Counted from the first letter of the stretch, positions 24,137 through 37,255 are shown. The stretch: 64,000 bases of DNA from Felis catus (GCF_018350175.1 NC_058368.1:59770001-59834000), one strand, 5' to 3'. Notes: generated by a model from the letters alone, not told the origin. Numbers and translations: made by a program.

Positions 24137-25908
24137 ATCAAAGGCATCAAAATTGGCAAAGATGAAGTCAAGCTTTCGCTTTTTGCCGATGACATGATAT
24201 TATACATGGAAAATCCGATAGACTCCACCAAAAGTCTGCTAGAACTGATACAGGAATTCAGCAAAGTTGCAGGATACAAAATCAATGTCCAGAAATCAGT
24301 TGCATTCTTATACACTAACAATGAAGCAACAGAAAGACAAATAAAGAAACTGATCCCATTCACAATTGCACCAAGAAGCATAAAATACCTAGGAATAAAT
24401 CTAACCAAAGATGTAAAGGATCTGTATGCTGAAAACTATAGAAAGCTTATGAAGGAAATTGAAGAAGATTTAAAGAAATGGAAAGACATTCCCTGCTCAT
24501 GGATTGGAAAAATAAATATTGTCAAAATGTCAATACTACCCAAAGCTATCTACACATTCAATGCAATCCCAATCAAAATTGCACCAGCATTCTTCTCGAA
24601 ACTGGAACAAGCAATCCTAAAATTCATATGGAACCACAAAAGGCCCCGAATAGCCAGAGGAATTTTGAAGAAGACCAAAGCAGGAGGCATCACAATCCCA
24701 GACTTTAGCCTCTACTACAAAGCTGTCATCATCAAGACAGCATGGTATTGGCACAAAAACAGACACATAGACCAATGGAATAGAATAGAAACCCCAGAAC
24801 TAGACCCACAAACGTATGGCCAACTCATCTTTGACAAAGCAGGAAAGAACATCCAATGGAAAAAAGACAGCCTCTTTAACAAATGGTGCTGGGAGAACTG
24901 GACAGCAACATGCAGAAGGTTGAAACTATACCACTTTCTCACACCATTCACAAAAATAAACTCAAAATGGATAAAGGACCTAAATGTGAGACAGGAAACC
25001 ATCAAAACCTTAGAGGAGAAAGCAGGAAAAGACCTCTCTGACCTCAGCCGTAGCAATCTCTTACTCGACACATCCCCAAAGGCAAGGGAATTAAAAGCAA
25101 AAGTGAATTACTGGGACCTTATGAAGATAAAAAGCTTCTGCACAGCAAAGGAAACAACCAACAAAACTAAAAGGCAACCAACGGAATGGGAAAAGATATT
25201 CACAAATGACATATCGGACAAAGGGCTAGTATCCAAAATCTATAAAGAGCTCACCAAACTCCACACCCAAAAAACAAATAACCCAGTGAAGAAATGGGCA
25301 GAAAACATGAATAGACACTTCTCTAAAGAAGACATCCGGATGGCCAACAGGCACATGAAAAGATGTTCAGCGTCGCTCCTTATCAGGGAAATACAAATCA
25401 AAACCACACTCAGGTATCACCTCACACCAGTCAGAGTGGCCAAAATGAACAAATCAGGAGACTATAGATGCTGGAGAGGATGTGGAGAAACGGGAACCCT
25501 CTTGCACTGTTGGTGGGAATGCAAATTGGTGCAGCCGCTCTGGAAAGCAGTGTGGAGGTTCCTCAGAAAATTAAAAATAGACCTACCTATGACCCAGCAA
25601 TAGCACTGCTAGGAATTTATCCAAGGGATACAGGAGTACTAATGCATAGGGGCACTTGTACCCCAATGTTCATAGCAGCACTCTCAACAATAGCCAAATT
25701 ATGGAAAGAGCCTAAATGTCCATCAACTGATGAATGGATAAAGAAATTGTGGTTTATATACACAATGGAGTACTACGTGGCAATGAGAAAGAATGAAATA
25801 TGGCCTTTTGTAGCAACGTGGATGGAACTGGAGAGTGTGATGCTAAGTGAAATAAGCCATACAGAGAAAAACAGATACCATATGGTTTCACTCTTATGTG
25901 GATCCTGA
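24137..25908 (+). pseudogene. L1 ORF2 C-terminal half (RT FADD motif to cysteine-rich domain), one frameshift near 25586
   Basis: [23 protein letters not shown]..., [25 protein letters not shown]; continues in another frame as [12 protein letters not shown]...SLLCGS*. Confidence 0.96.
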
Positions 25909-26162
25909 CAAAATTAACAGGAACCCATGGGAGAGGGGAAGGAAAAAAAAAAAGAGGTTAGAGTGGGAGAGAGCCAAAGCATAAGAGACTGTTAAAAACT
26001 GAGAACAAACTGAGGGTTGATGGGGGGTGGGAGGGAGGAGAGGGTGGGTGATGGGTATTGAAGAGGGCACCTTTTGGGATGAGCACTGGGTGTTGTATGG
26101 AAACCAATTTGACAATAAATTTCATATATAAAATTAAAAAAAATAAAAAAAATAAAAAAAAT
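24137..26162 (+). mobile_element. Young 5'-truncated felid LINE-1 (L1_Fc-like)
   Basis: TSD AAAGACAATGGACA at 24123-24136 and 26163-26176 with TT/AAAG nick site; ORF2, G-rich 3' UTR, AATAAA and patterned A tail. Confidence 0.98.
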
Positions 26163-26422
26163 AAAGACAATGGACATAATTAGTAGAGTGCTACATGGAT
26201 TTGCATTATTTAAGATCACATTTGGTTATGAAGCAGTAAAGATCATGATTCATTGTATTTTAAAGTTTGTATGTGTGGGAAAATCATCCAGTGTTAGTTA
26301 ATTTAAACCTTGAATTATTAACACTCTAATAAATAAAAATATAATTTTTATTGTTTTGATTTATTGTTATTGAGGTTTCACATTTTAATTATTTCTCTAG
26401 ATACTGGTTTATATAATTTTTC

Positions 26423-26605
26423 TATAAATACATTATGGGGCATTCTGTTTCTTATTAGCTTATTTTAAGCTGAGAAATATTCCATTGCAATTTCTCTCCA
26501 GGTACTTATTTATTTATTTATTTTTTACTTTGTTAATGTTACTATTTCTTTAAAACTGATTTAGCTCTTAGTTTGTGAAATTTGTCCGTTTATCTTAACA
26601 TAATT
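26423..26605 (+). repeat. Copy 1 of a local ~180-bp duplication
   Basis: Aligns by eye to 27722-27865 plus 28105-28140. Confidence 0.9.
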
Positions 26606-26674
26606 TCTTATTTTGCTTAGAAAACTTTTGGCAACATAAGGCCTTATTTTTTTATATATAAAGAAGTTGGGTGA

Positions 26675-26896
26675 GGGGCGCCTGGGTGGCGCAATCGGTT
26701 AAGCTCCGACTTCAGCCAGGTCACGATCTCGCGGTTCGTGAGTTCCAGCCCCGCGTCAGGCTCTGGGCTGATGGCTCAGAGCCTGGAGCCTGTTTCCGAT
26801 TCTGTGTCTCCCTCTCTCTCTGCCCCTCCCCCGTTCATGATCTGTCTCTCTCTGTCCCAAAAATAAATAAACGTTGAAAAAAAAATTTAAAAAAAA
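26675..26896 (+). mobile_element. Young felid Can-SINE
   Basis: TSD AAGTT(G/C)GGTGA at 26664-26674 and 26897-26907. Confidence 0.96.
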
Positions 26897-26912
26897 AAGT
26901 TCGGTGAGATAC

Positions 26913-27094
26913 TTTTTAAATGTTTATTTTTGAGAGTGTGAGCAGGGGAGGGGCAAAGAAAGAGGGGAACAGAGGATCCAAAGTAGACTCTGCACTGACA
27001 GCAGTGAGCCTGATTCAGGGCTCAAACTCACGGACAGTGAGATTATGACCTGAGCCCAAGTCTGACACTCAACCAACTGAGCCACCAAGAACCC
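26913..27094 (-). mobile_element. Older Can-SINE
   Basis: Diverged head ending CCACCAAGAACCC. Confidence 0.92.
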
Positions 27095-27129
27095 TGATAA
27101 GGTTTTTAATAAAATCACTAAAGTTATCT

Positions 27130-27548
27130 TCTTTTATTTGTTTTTTATTTATTTTCAATTTAGCTGACATACAGTGTAGTCTTGGCTTCGGGAGTAGATT
27201 TCTATGATTCGTCACTTACATACAACACCCAGTGCTCATTCCAAGTGCCCTCCTCAATACCTATCACCCATTTTCCTCACCCTCAACCCCCCCACCCCAT
27301 CAACCCTCAGTTTGTTCTCTGTATTTAAGAGTCTCTTATGGTTTGCCTCCCTCTCTTTTGTATCTTATTTTTCCTTGCCTTCCGCCATGGTCATCTGTTA
27401 AGTTTCTCAAATTCCACATATGAGTGTAATCATATAATATCTATCTTTCTCTGACCAACTTATTTCACTTAGCATAATACCCTCCAGTTCCATCCACGTT
27501 GTTGCAAATGGCAAGATTTAGTTCTTTCTCATCGGCAAGTAGTATTCC

Positions 27549-27580
<32 letters not shown>

Positions 27581-27725
27581 TGTGTGTGTATACATATATA
27601 TATATATATGTATACACACATATATATATATACCACATCTTCCTTATCCATTCATCAGTTGATAGACATTTGTGCCCCTTTCCATAAATTGGAATTTCCA
27701 TTTCCAATATTTATAGCACTGCTAT
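27130..27725 (-). mobile_element. Carnivore L1 3' end with internal (TG)n(TA)n
   Basis: Antisense match to the 3' UTR/ORF2 end of the L1 at 25700-26100 (ACAACACCCAGTGCTCAT; STDEWIRKMWYIY). Confidence 0.93.
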
Positions 27726-27865
27726 AATATTATGGGGCATCCTTTTCTTATTAGGTTATTTTAAACTGAGAATTATTCCATTACAATTTCTCTCTGGGTA
27801 TTTATTTATTTATTTATTTATTTTACTTTGTTAATGTTAGACTTTCTATAAAACTGATTTAACTC

Positions 27866-28088
27866 GGGGTGCCTGGGTGGCTCAGTCAGTTAAGCATCCG
27901 ACTTCGGCTCAGGTCATGATCTCACAGTTCGTGAGTTCGAGCCCCGCATCGGGCTCTGTGCTGACAGCTCAGAACCTGGAGCCTGCTTCACATTCTTGTC
28001 TCCCTCTCTCTCTGCCCCTTCCTACTCATGCTCTATCTCTCTCTGTCTCAAAAATGAATAAACATTAAATATTTTTTTAAATAATAAA
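27866..28088 (+). mobile_element. Can-SINE inserted in copy 2 of the duplication
   Basis: 16-bp perfect TSD AAAACTGATTTAACTC at 27850-27865 and 28089-28104. Confidence 0.97.
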
Positions 28089-28470
28089 AAAACTGATTTA
28101 ACTCTTAGGTTGTGAAATTTGTCAGTTTATCTTAATATGGTGATTTTACTTCAACATACAAAATCATTTCCCCATTCTTCTTTAGCAATAAGAACTCACT
28201 CAGCAGAGGCAGATTTAAGGCTGCTACCAAACTTTCTTTTTAAATAAAAATAATTATTATAATGAAAGAAAAATGCAAGTAATTTTTTTTAACTGAGCAG
28301 AAAAATTTTAAGACAGAGATTTGCTTCTAATTGGCTGACACCATTCAGACAAGTGCAAAATGGGTTTCTTGTGTAAGATGACTGTAACTTTTATGAAACT
28401 AAGATATGAAGGAAATTATTCTATAGATATGATTAAAGCAGACATTTGTGATTGAAAACACCATGTTCTA

Positions 28471-28917
28471 GGGGCACCAGAGTGGCTCAGTCAGTTAGGC
28501 ATCCAACTTTGGCTTAGGTCATGATCTTATGGTTTGTGAGTTCCCGCCCCGCAACTGGCTCTGTGCTGATGGCTCAGAGCCTGGGGCCTGCTTTGGATTC
28601 TGTCTCCTTCTCTCTCTGTCCCTCTGGCTCATGCTCTGTCTTTTCTCTCTCTCTCAAAAATAAGTAAACATTAGGGGCTCCTGGAAGACTCAGTCAGTTA
28701 AGTATTGGACTTCAGCCCAGGTCATGATCTCACGGTTTGTGGTTTCAAGCCCTGTATCAGGCTCTGTGCTGACAGCTCAGAGTCTGGAGCCTGCTTTGGA
28801 TTCTGTGTCTCTCTCTCTGCACCTCCCCCGCTTGCACTCTTTCTCTCTCTGTTTCTCAAAAATAAATAAAACATTAAAAAATTTTAAAAATAGGTAACAT
28901 TAAAAAAATTAAAAAAA
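28471..28917 (+). mobile_element. Two Can-SINEs, the second (28674-28885) nested in the tail of the first
   Basis: Outer TSD GAAAACAC(C)ATG(T/C)TCT; inner TSD AAAAATAAGTAAACATTA / AAAAATAGGTAACATTA. Confidence 0.94.
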
Positions 28918-30319
28918 GAAAACACATGCTCTTAAGTGCATTATTTACAGTACATATGTATTTACATATTGAGTTTTTGTGATAGCTTTTCTGTGACCTC
29001 AAAATATAGGTAGAGGGCATAGTTCCAAGATATTACTAAGTGGAAAATAGTACTTCAGATTTCTTTGATGATCTTATTTGAAAAAATTGTAAATTACAGG
29101 TTATCTAAGACAATGGATTAATGACACAGACTTCAGATAATATTGCAAGAGTATTTCTTCATGAAAGTAATTTTTAACATGAAGAGAACAGAATATTTTA
29201 GACTTTTTTTACACAAGTCTAATTTTTCAATTTAGTTCATAGCTTTGTGCATTTGTTACAGAAATAACAAGTAAAAGCCAGGTTTGACCACAAATCTAAA
29301 GAATAAAAAGACTTAACTAATACATATTGAGGAATGGATAGCTTACTTAACTTCACAGAAGAATTCTGAAGAATGAACTGATTTTAAAATGAGCATATCT
29401 ATGACAGTTTTGATTTTGAATCAATGTGTGCCTGAGACATTCCAGGAAAGCAGTCATTTTAGTATGAAATTATATCTCGTGAGATGACAAAAATACCTTA
29501 CCACAGCCTTAAAATCTTCATTGCCAGTTTTCAAATCTACTGTAAGAGAGCCTTTATAAAATCCTAATGCCTCCCATTTTCCAATGTTGCACGAAAACTT
29601 ACTAATTCAAATTTCAAATCCGCTACATTCATGTGCTAACTAGAAATCACCTTGTGCTGCTTGTAGAAATCTACATTCTTTTTCATTAGCTGACTCCAAG
29701 TCCACTTTCATTCCCTCGGTGAAATCTTGGATCACTTAAAATCTTGTTTCCCATGTCAGTTGAACTGCTGATGAATAGATCCTTGCTTAGCAAACACACA
29801 GACCTTTTTGTAAATTGCAATATCACACATCCATCGTATAGCATGACATGAAATGGATGCTTACTGTATGCTTATGAGTTGAATTGAATTTTAACGGGAT
29901 AAAAAAATTTACAATTGTTTTATATAATGAACACCCTTGTTTTGTTCACCTCTATTTGATTTAAAGTTCTCTTGTCTTCTCGTATGGAATAGGAGTTGTT
30001 CAGTGAGATATGCAATAAATTTTATTTCCTGAATTATCCCCTTTTCCACATTAGTATGTAGATGAATTTATGGTAGCTTCTTGATTGTTAATCATTGTCT
30101 GATTACAAAAGAAACAAATAAATATTCAGAAATAATAAGATGTTTGATTCAGGATATAGTTAAAGTAAGTGGGATAGAAGTTATTGGGAGGAATTTCTGT
30201 AGAAAACATATGTAATATTCAAGAAATTGATATTATGGCTTCCTAGTATCAATTCAATTGTAGGTTATATAAGTTTGACTTAATATATCTTACCTTATGA
30301 AGTTTATCAATAAGAAATA

Positions 30320-30720
30320 TTTAGAAAATGATTGGCATACCACCAAGTGAGGGAGGATACTTACAAAATTTGTAACTAATATACATATTATATTTATAAT
30401 GCATAAAGAAGCTTTACATATAAATAAAAATAAGGCAGATAGCAACAATAAAACAAGTACAAAAAACATGAACAAGCACACCACAAATGCTATCCAATTG
30501 GTCACTAAACACTTGAAAATATGCTTAAACTCATTATTCATCAGAAGAATGCAAAATAAAAACTGAGAAATATTACTACTCACCTACAAAAATAGTTGAA
30601 TTTAGGGGCGCCTTGGTGACTCAGTCGATTAAACATCTGACTCCTGACTTCAGATCAGGTCATGATCTCAGGGTCATGAGATTGTAAAGGTCTGCGCTGA
30701 TAGCCTGGAGCCTGATTGTG

Positions 30721-30775
<55 letters not shown>

Positions 30776-31390
30776 TCCTCCCCTGCTCATGCTTGCTCTC
30801 TCTCTCCATCTCAAAAAAAAGAAGAAGAATAAAGAAGTAAACATTAAAAAATAGTTAAGTTTAAAGATTGCTAATGGGAGTGTGAAATGCTTTAAAACCT
30901 TTGGAAATCATTTTAACAGTTTATACTAAAATTAACTTATGCATAACCTGTCACTCAACAATTTTACTCCCAGAGCAACAAAACAACTGTCCAAGGACAT
31001 TCATAGCAGAATTACCCATAATAGAAAAACAACCTGAAAAAACCTTGAACTCTAACAGCAATTAAATAAATAAGTTTAGTGCTGAATGGTAGAATGTTCG
31101 GCAATCAAAATGATTTAACCACTGCTACAACAGCACTGTGGATGAATCTCACAAACATAATGATAAAAGACTCCCAAATATATAGATCTAACTGGTTCCA
31201 TTTATATAAATTTAAGTAAAAGGAAATATGTTTATGGTGCTAGAATTGGGGACAGTAATGAACTTCTAAAGGAGAAAACTGAATGATGGACTCATGGTAA
31301 TTTGTGGTAATTCAAGATGTCCATTTATGATATGCAGACTTCTTTCTACATATATATCACACGGCAATAAAATAGTTAATAAAACAACAT
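30320..31390 (+). mobile_element. Ancient L1 (L1ME-like) ORF2 end and 3' UTR, interrupted by a SINE
   Basis: Degenerate motifs ATCAGAAGAATGCAAAATAAAA, TGGATGAATCTCACAAACATAATG, TTCCATTTATATAAA, terminal AATAAAA. Confidence 0.8.
30605..30846 (+). mobile_element. Can-SINE with long (TC)n
   Basis: Near-TSD AAAAATAGTTGAATTTA (30588-30604) / AAAAATAGTTAAGTTTA (30847-30863). Confidence 0.93.
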
Positions 31391-31439
31391 GAAGAAAAAT
31401 ATATTATGTGTCAATATAAAATAACCTCATAGTTCAAAG

Positions 31440-31660
31440 TGCAAATTTTGGATGCATTATGACTTGATTTGCATCGAGATTCTACCACTTACTAGATAGA
31501 TAATCAGAAACATACTTCTCAGCTTCTTCACCTGTTTCACCATCTTTAAATTGAAGATAAAATAATTCATATTTGTTTTGAAGATTCAATGAGCTAATAT
31601 CTGTAAAGCTACTGCACAGGACCCAGCACACATACAGCCCTAATTAAATATCAACCACTT
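31440..31660 (+). mobile_element. MIR SINE
   Basis: TTCTACCACTTACTAG...CCTGTTTCACCATCTTTAAA...GATTCAATGAGCTAAT. Confidence 0.75.
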
Positions 31661-31948
31661 CTGCTTTTTAAGATTCAACCTTAGCAATGGAATAACTTAT
31701 TGAGCAAGTTGTTGTAAATAAGTGGGTTGGTTGATATTTCTTCTCCAACTTGTCTTGTTGGAAAATGGAGGCTGAAAGGAGGGTATCGTATTGACATTAA
31801 CAGGATTAGAAAATAGAGGACAGTAAAATGCTTTTTCTGCTCTTATGGGCAGCAGAGTGAAAATAGGATAACCATATAAAAGACTGGAGATACTCTGGTG
31901 GCCATTTGATGCGTCTGATCAAACACAGCCCTTAAAAAACCTCCAAAA

Positions 31949-32111
31949 CAGTACTGCTGGCTTCATAGGTATGTGACCTGTGTAGCACCATGGGGCCCCA
32001 CACATGGTTTAGTGTTCCGTTATTAGCATCTTGAAATTCTTAATAATTGTTAAACAAAATCCCTACATTTTCTTGCAGCACCTGACCCTGCAAGTTATGT
32101 AGTTGGTTCTG
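31949..32111 (+). mobile_element. MER91-like hAT-Tip100 MITE
   Basis: CAG...GCTGGCTTCATAGGTATGTGACCTGTG...TCTTGAAATTCTTAATAA...TATGTAGTTGGTTCTG matches recalled MER91A. Confidence 0.75.
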
Positions 32112-34335
32112 CTGAGAAGTGTTTTTTCAAGTGCCTAATCTATGTCATATGTACTGATTTGCTTGAAGAAATCTGTGTGGAGTAGGGAAAATGTCTAGAG
32201 TTGGGGAAAAATGGTTTCATTTTCTGCTTATTTGGCAGTTACTCATCATCCCTATCCACAGCCACCTGTAATGAATCCTAGTACTCATGAAAATATGCTT
32301 TTCTTGAATACCCTCTCTTTTTATGGGAGGATGACTCTAATCTCCATGAAAAAAGAATAACCGTGGGAGTTCTTTACTAAGAGCCGATTATTAAGACTAT
32401 ATCCTGAATACAAATCTCAGGTTTTACAAGAACAGGTGTAGAGAACATATCTAAATTTATTTGATTGATATGTTTACTTTTATGAAAGATTGCTAACAAT
32501 GTGAAAAGTTCAGTGAGAAACAGTATGAATATCTCTTTCATAATAACTTCCAGATAATAATTAGAACTGACTCTATAACAAGTCTAGCTTCTTTTTAAAC
32601 GCAATATTTCACCAATTATTTTGACATCATAAAAATACAATGAAAATCTACAAATTCACAAAGTTAAGGTCTAAAGAATTGTTTACATTGTGAAATAAGA
32701 ACTTAAAATTTAGAGAATGACTTGTTGATTTATCATTAAGAAACTGAAATTTGCTCATGTTTGTACAACCTAAATAAATTATTGTTTAATTTTTCCATCT
32801 ATGCTAAAAACTCTCATGGGCCTAAATGTAAAATTAATTCATAAGTCAAAATTGTCTTAATATTTAATTAATTTTAATTAGCTTTCTTATTCAAGCACAT
32901 TTCCCACCTCATCATTTACTATGGTTAAGATTTTGAGAACAGATTGTGAATTAGCTGATTTCTTTAAATGATGAGATTTATTTATTTATTTACTTATTAT
33001 CATAAAACTCATATATCACATTATTTGCATAACTGGGATTTATATGATTGTTAAAGATATGTGTATGTCCTTGTGTGTTTGTGTATGTGTGTGTGAGAGA
33101 GAGACAGAGAGAGAGAGAGAGAGACAGAGAGTTTGGTGGGATCTATATGATATTGAAGGACATTTATAGGGCATGTTGAATAGAGTTTTTTCTGAAAATT
33201 TTCTTAAGTTTTCCAAACAACAAAAATTAACATGAAGTGAAATGAGTGTGTTCACATAGAGAAAAAATAAAAATGAAATTAAACATGTTTATTCTGTTGC
33301 TGTGGTGATACCTATAATTTCTAGTCTCAGCCAAAGTTAAAAGACAGAGATTACTCATTGAAACTAATAAATAGAATGACTTAGGTAATGAACCTGAAAA
33401 TGCCAACATGATGATAGAAAAAGAGAAATATAACCAAGATTTGACTTTAAACAAACCCCAATTTTACGTACCTTCTTGGTTCAAGAGAGCTTGCAATTGT
33501 TAGCATTGTCGAACACTTCCTAATTTCTAGTTATATTTAGACAAATCTTTATGTGACTTCCTTCAGTTTATTTGAATGAAAATACCAGGCTTATGGAATA
33601 AGAGTGAGTCCACAAAACACTTACTTAAAGCACAATTTTAGACAGATAAGGAGAGTTAAAAATATATATAATTATTCAAAATTTAGAATTTAAATAATAC
33701 TTAAAAGGACTGTGGTAATGATACCTAAAACCCTGAAGAGATAATTAATGACATTAGAAAACAGTTATCCAAGTTGCCACAAAATTACCTTCCCTGCATC
33801 ATTTTTACCCTAGGCCACGTTTTTATACCTATCCCTAAGCTCACTTGTCCTTTTCAAATTCTAAGGCCATTACTGAACTAGATAAATGATTTATAAAGCA
33901 ATGACTTGTGAACTCTAGATCAGTATATGACAATTCAATTTCAAGTTATACTTTTTTGCTAACATTTTTCAAAGCAGAATAATTAGCTGTAATATAGTCC
34001 ACAGTCGTATTATTGGATCCACCCTACTACTACTACTACTACCCTGTGTTGTGCTTTTTTGGTTAGCATGCATCTTTTCCTTCCCTTTTGCTTACCCACC
34101 TGTCTTAATGGTCCACGTCATGCTTGCCCTCCCTTGACACCTGACTACCTGATTCATTTTCTTGGTTGTCATCTCTCCAATTCTGTGTCCATTATTGCCC
34201 AATAGGTGTGGTGGATGGATCTACTACTGCCTTTTCTTGGTGTGTTTTCAACATGTGACTTGCCCTTAGATTCTGCTTATTGAGCTTTACTTACACCATT
34301 CAATTGTAACTGCACATATGGCTATAATTCAAATA

Positions 34336-34758
34336 TGTTTGTTAGCTCCCTAGGGCTGTCATAACAAAGTACTGCAAACTGGATGGCTTAAAACAAATTA
34401 AATTTCTCACAGTTCTGGAGGGGAAAGATTTGAAATCAAGGTGTCAAGAGGTTTGGCTTCTTCTGGGAGAATCTGTCCCATGCCTCTCTCCTAGCTTCTG
34501 GCAATTACCAGCAAAACTTGCTGTTCTTTGGTATGTAGAAACAAATCACTCCAATCTTTGCCTCTGTCATTACATGATATTCTACCCCTTTGTGTCTGTG
34601 TGTCCTCTTCTCTTTTTATAAGGACATCAGTTGTATTGGATTTGTATCAACCCTAATTCAATGTGAACTCATCTTTAAGTGGTTACATCTGCAAAGACCC
34701 TATTTGGGAATTAGGACTTCAACATATGTTTTCGGTGTACATAATTCAACCCACAACA
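34336..34758 (-). mobile_element. MaLR solo LTR (MLT1B/C-like)
   Basis: CCTAGGGCTGTCATAACAAAGTAC...TCTCACAGTTCTGGAG...ATAATTCAACCCACAACA. Confidence 0.9.
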
Positions 34759-34799
34759 CTGTATTTTAATCACATAATAAAAAATAAAAATGAAAATAA

Positions 34800-34995
34800 C
34801 AGCTAACCCATGGGCATTTATTATAAATCAGAAACTGCTCTAGAACACTTTTCATATAGTATGGAGTATTTCTTAGAACAAATCTAGAGAATAGATATTA
34901 TTATGTTAATCCCTATGTCACAGTTGAATAAAGTGCTATGTGAGAATGCTCATGGCCTAAAGTCACAGAATTAATAGAGTTTCACAGTGGCTGTA
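34800..34995 (-). mobile_element. MIR SINE
   Basis: Degenerate antisense MIR pattern. Confidence 0.55.
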
Positions 34996-37065
34996 ACCTT
35001 AGTTTATCTATATCATATGCTTCTCCAGATTTATAGATAGCATTATGCTTATGCCAAAATCTAGCTAAATATTTTTCTAAGCATAAAGTATATCTAAAAA
35101 TCATATGTGTTACATCTAACATTAAATTTTACATTATTTATACCTGATTCATTATCTAATTGTTCCTCCAAAACAACACTATTTTGTTCAACTTATCTTA
35201 GTATTAAAGCATATTTTCTATGTCGACTATATAATGAAAAGTCAGACAAAAACTTTTGGTACGGGCAAAAAATTTAAAACTGTAAGGAAATATAAATCAA
35301 AAATTTTGAGTCTAGGAATAAAACAAACATATACAGTTGTGTGTGTATGTATATGTGTGTGATTGTAAAATGGAGAAAAGAGTCCCAAACCCAATTAAGA
35401 AAACATAAAATGTAAAACCCAAAGTGAACACAAAGGAAATATATATCAATTTATGTAGTAGAACATGGATGGCCAGAAATTCAATCTATCACACATATCA
35501 AAATTGAAGCTTCTTCCAGAATACTTAACAAAAATTCTGAATACATCCAATGTAAGAGATTACATTCCTAAAATCCACTGACAGAAAAGGAAATGCTTAA
35601 AATTGTATGTTACATTGATTTGGAATGAAATTGAATATCTTCAGTAACTGACCAAGGTACTGTCAAATCCAAATCAGCAAACAATACATTGTGCGCTTCA
35701 AAAGAGGGACCTTCCAACTAATGAATAAAAATGTCTTATTTCAGCAAAATATGAGAAGATATTTTGATATGAGACTATTCTCTACTTGCCAGTCTGTCTC
35801 ATTTCTAGTGATGGCCAATTCTTTTATCATTATCTAAGGATCAGAGTTACTAGAGAATATTAATGAAAGTATTTTGCAAAGCCCCTCATTTAAAATTATA
35901 ACTTATTATTTCTTCTCGAAGAACTAATGCAAAATGTGAATACAACTTTCTAATTTTTAATGTAAAAATTTAAGAGTTTACAGTCTTCATAAAAGCATTT
36001 GTGTCTTTAGTCACACTCCAATATTTTTTTTCTATTTTTCCTGAAGGATATTGCATTACAATAAATTTTCCTCCTCAACAGCTTTTGACTCTGAACCAAG
36101 AACATGAGTTGGTTTAATCTCATCTGAATACAGAGTAGATCATATCATCATTGAAACAGGAAACAGCCATGGGTGTCCTGCTCAGTATCCTTGTACTAAA
36201 GTAAACTGGGTATTAATTGTAAAATTTTCCCCTTGGAAGAGCAACACTTGTTTTTTATTATTCTTGTCAGTAGATGTGAAAGATACATGGTTTGGAAAAA
36301 AAATATATATATATATATATGAAAAATAAGCATAGAATTAGTAATTTTCTGCTGTAACTGGCATACATTTTTCCTATTTTTACCCATTCTTAACTTTTCT
36401 TGTTCCACAAAAATTCTCTTATGGTTCATTTTAAAGTTATTTTTATGTAGACAAGCCAATTGGGTGTACCAGAAGGCCACAGAGAGGTCCATAAATCTCA
36501 AGGTCTGAAGCTCTGAATACACAGTCCTTTTGAAATATACACAGTTAACAAGAAGTATATCAGGTAATGTGGTCAACAGATAAAATCCACAAATCCACAA
36601 ATCAGGAAGATAGTCTTACAGCCATACTGGGACCTATTTGTGCTTTATCAAATAATTAGACACCTTCATGTATTAATTATGGTTTTATAAATGAATTGCA
36701 GCTTGGGTTCAAAACAAGGATATTGTACATACATAAGGATCATTTATTAGAACGAGTGAAATTTGTTTTTAAAGCTGTTTAGCTTTGATGACTCATAAAC
36801 AAAATTATGTGGAAGGGGAAAATAATTGAAATACTTAGAACTAACACCCACTCAGTGAGAGGTGATTAATCCTGTTTTAGAAGAAAAAAATATATAGAAT
36901 CTCAGAACTGAAGGTCACCTCCCGGCACAGTTATGCTTATCTACTTGGAGCAGATTTTTTAAATCCTATATTTAAAGATATCTATGATTGATATCTCATA
37001 CCTTTCTTTAGAAACATACCCTCTGTTTAGTCAACTATCCAATTAATAACATCTTCTTAGGTCTA

Positions 37066-37255
37066 AGAGTCTCCAATTTTATTTATATATAAGAGTCACC
37101 TGAGAGGACTGCCAGGAATTGAGACTTCTAATACCCACTCCAAGAATTCTTCTTCATTTAAAGGGTTTGGAAGGCACAGTAATAGATATTGTAACCACTT
37201 CCCAGGTGATTCTGGCACAGGTAGTTTTGGGCCATGGTTTGGGGAAAAAATTGCA
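37066..37255. mobile_element. MER5A-like hAT-Charlie MITE
   Basis: AGAGTCACCTG...CCCAGGTGATTCT internal inverted motif typical of MER5. Confidence 0.6.

Noticed and set aside
24194..25603. 469-aa ORF as a host gene or novel reverse-transcriptase system
   Set aside because: It is ordinary L1 ORF2 inside a TSD-flanked, 5'-truncated insertion; the Met is the internal one after FADD
24121..26219. Overlapping and antisense ORFs in the L1
   Set aside because: Alternative-frame by-products of L1 sequence
36196..36600. 134-aa minus-strand ORF
   Set aside because: Runs through a (TA)n/A-run, low-complexity composition, no recognisable homology
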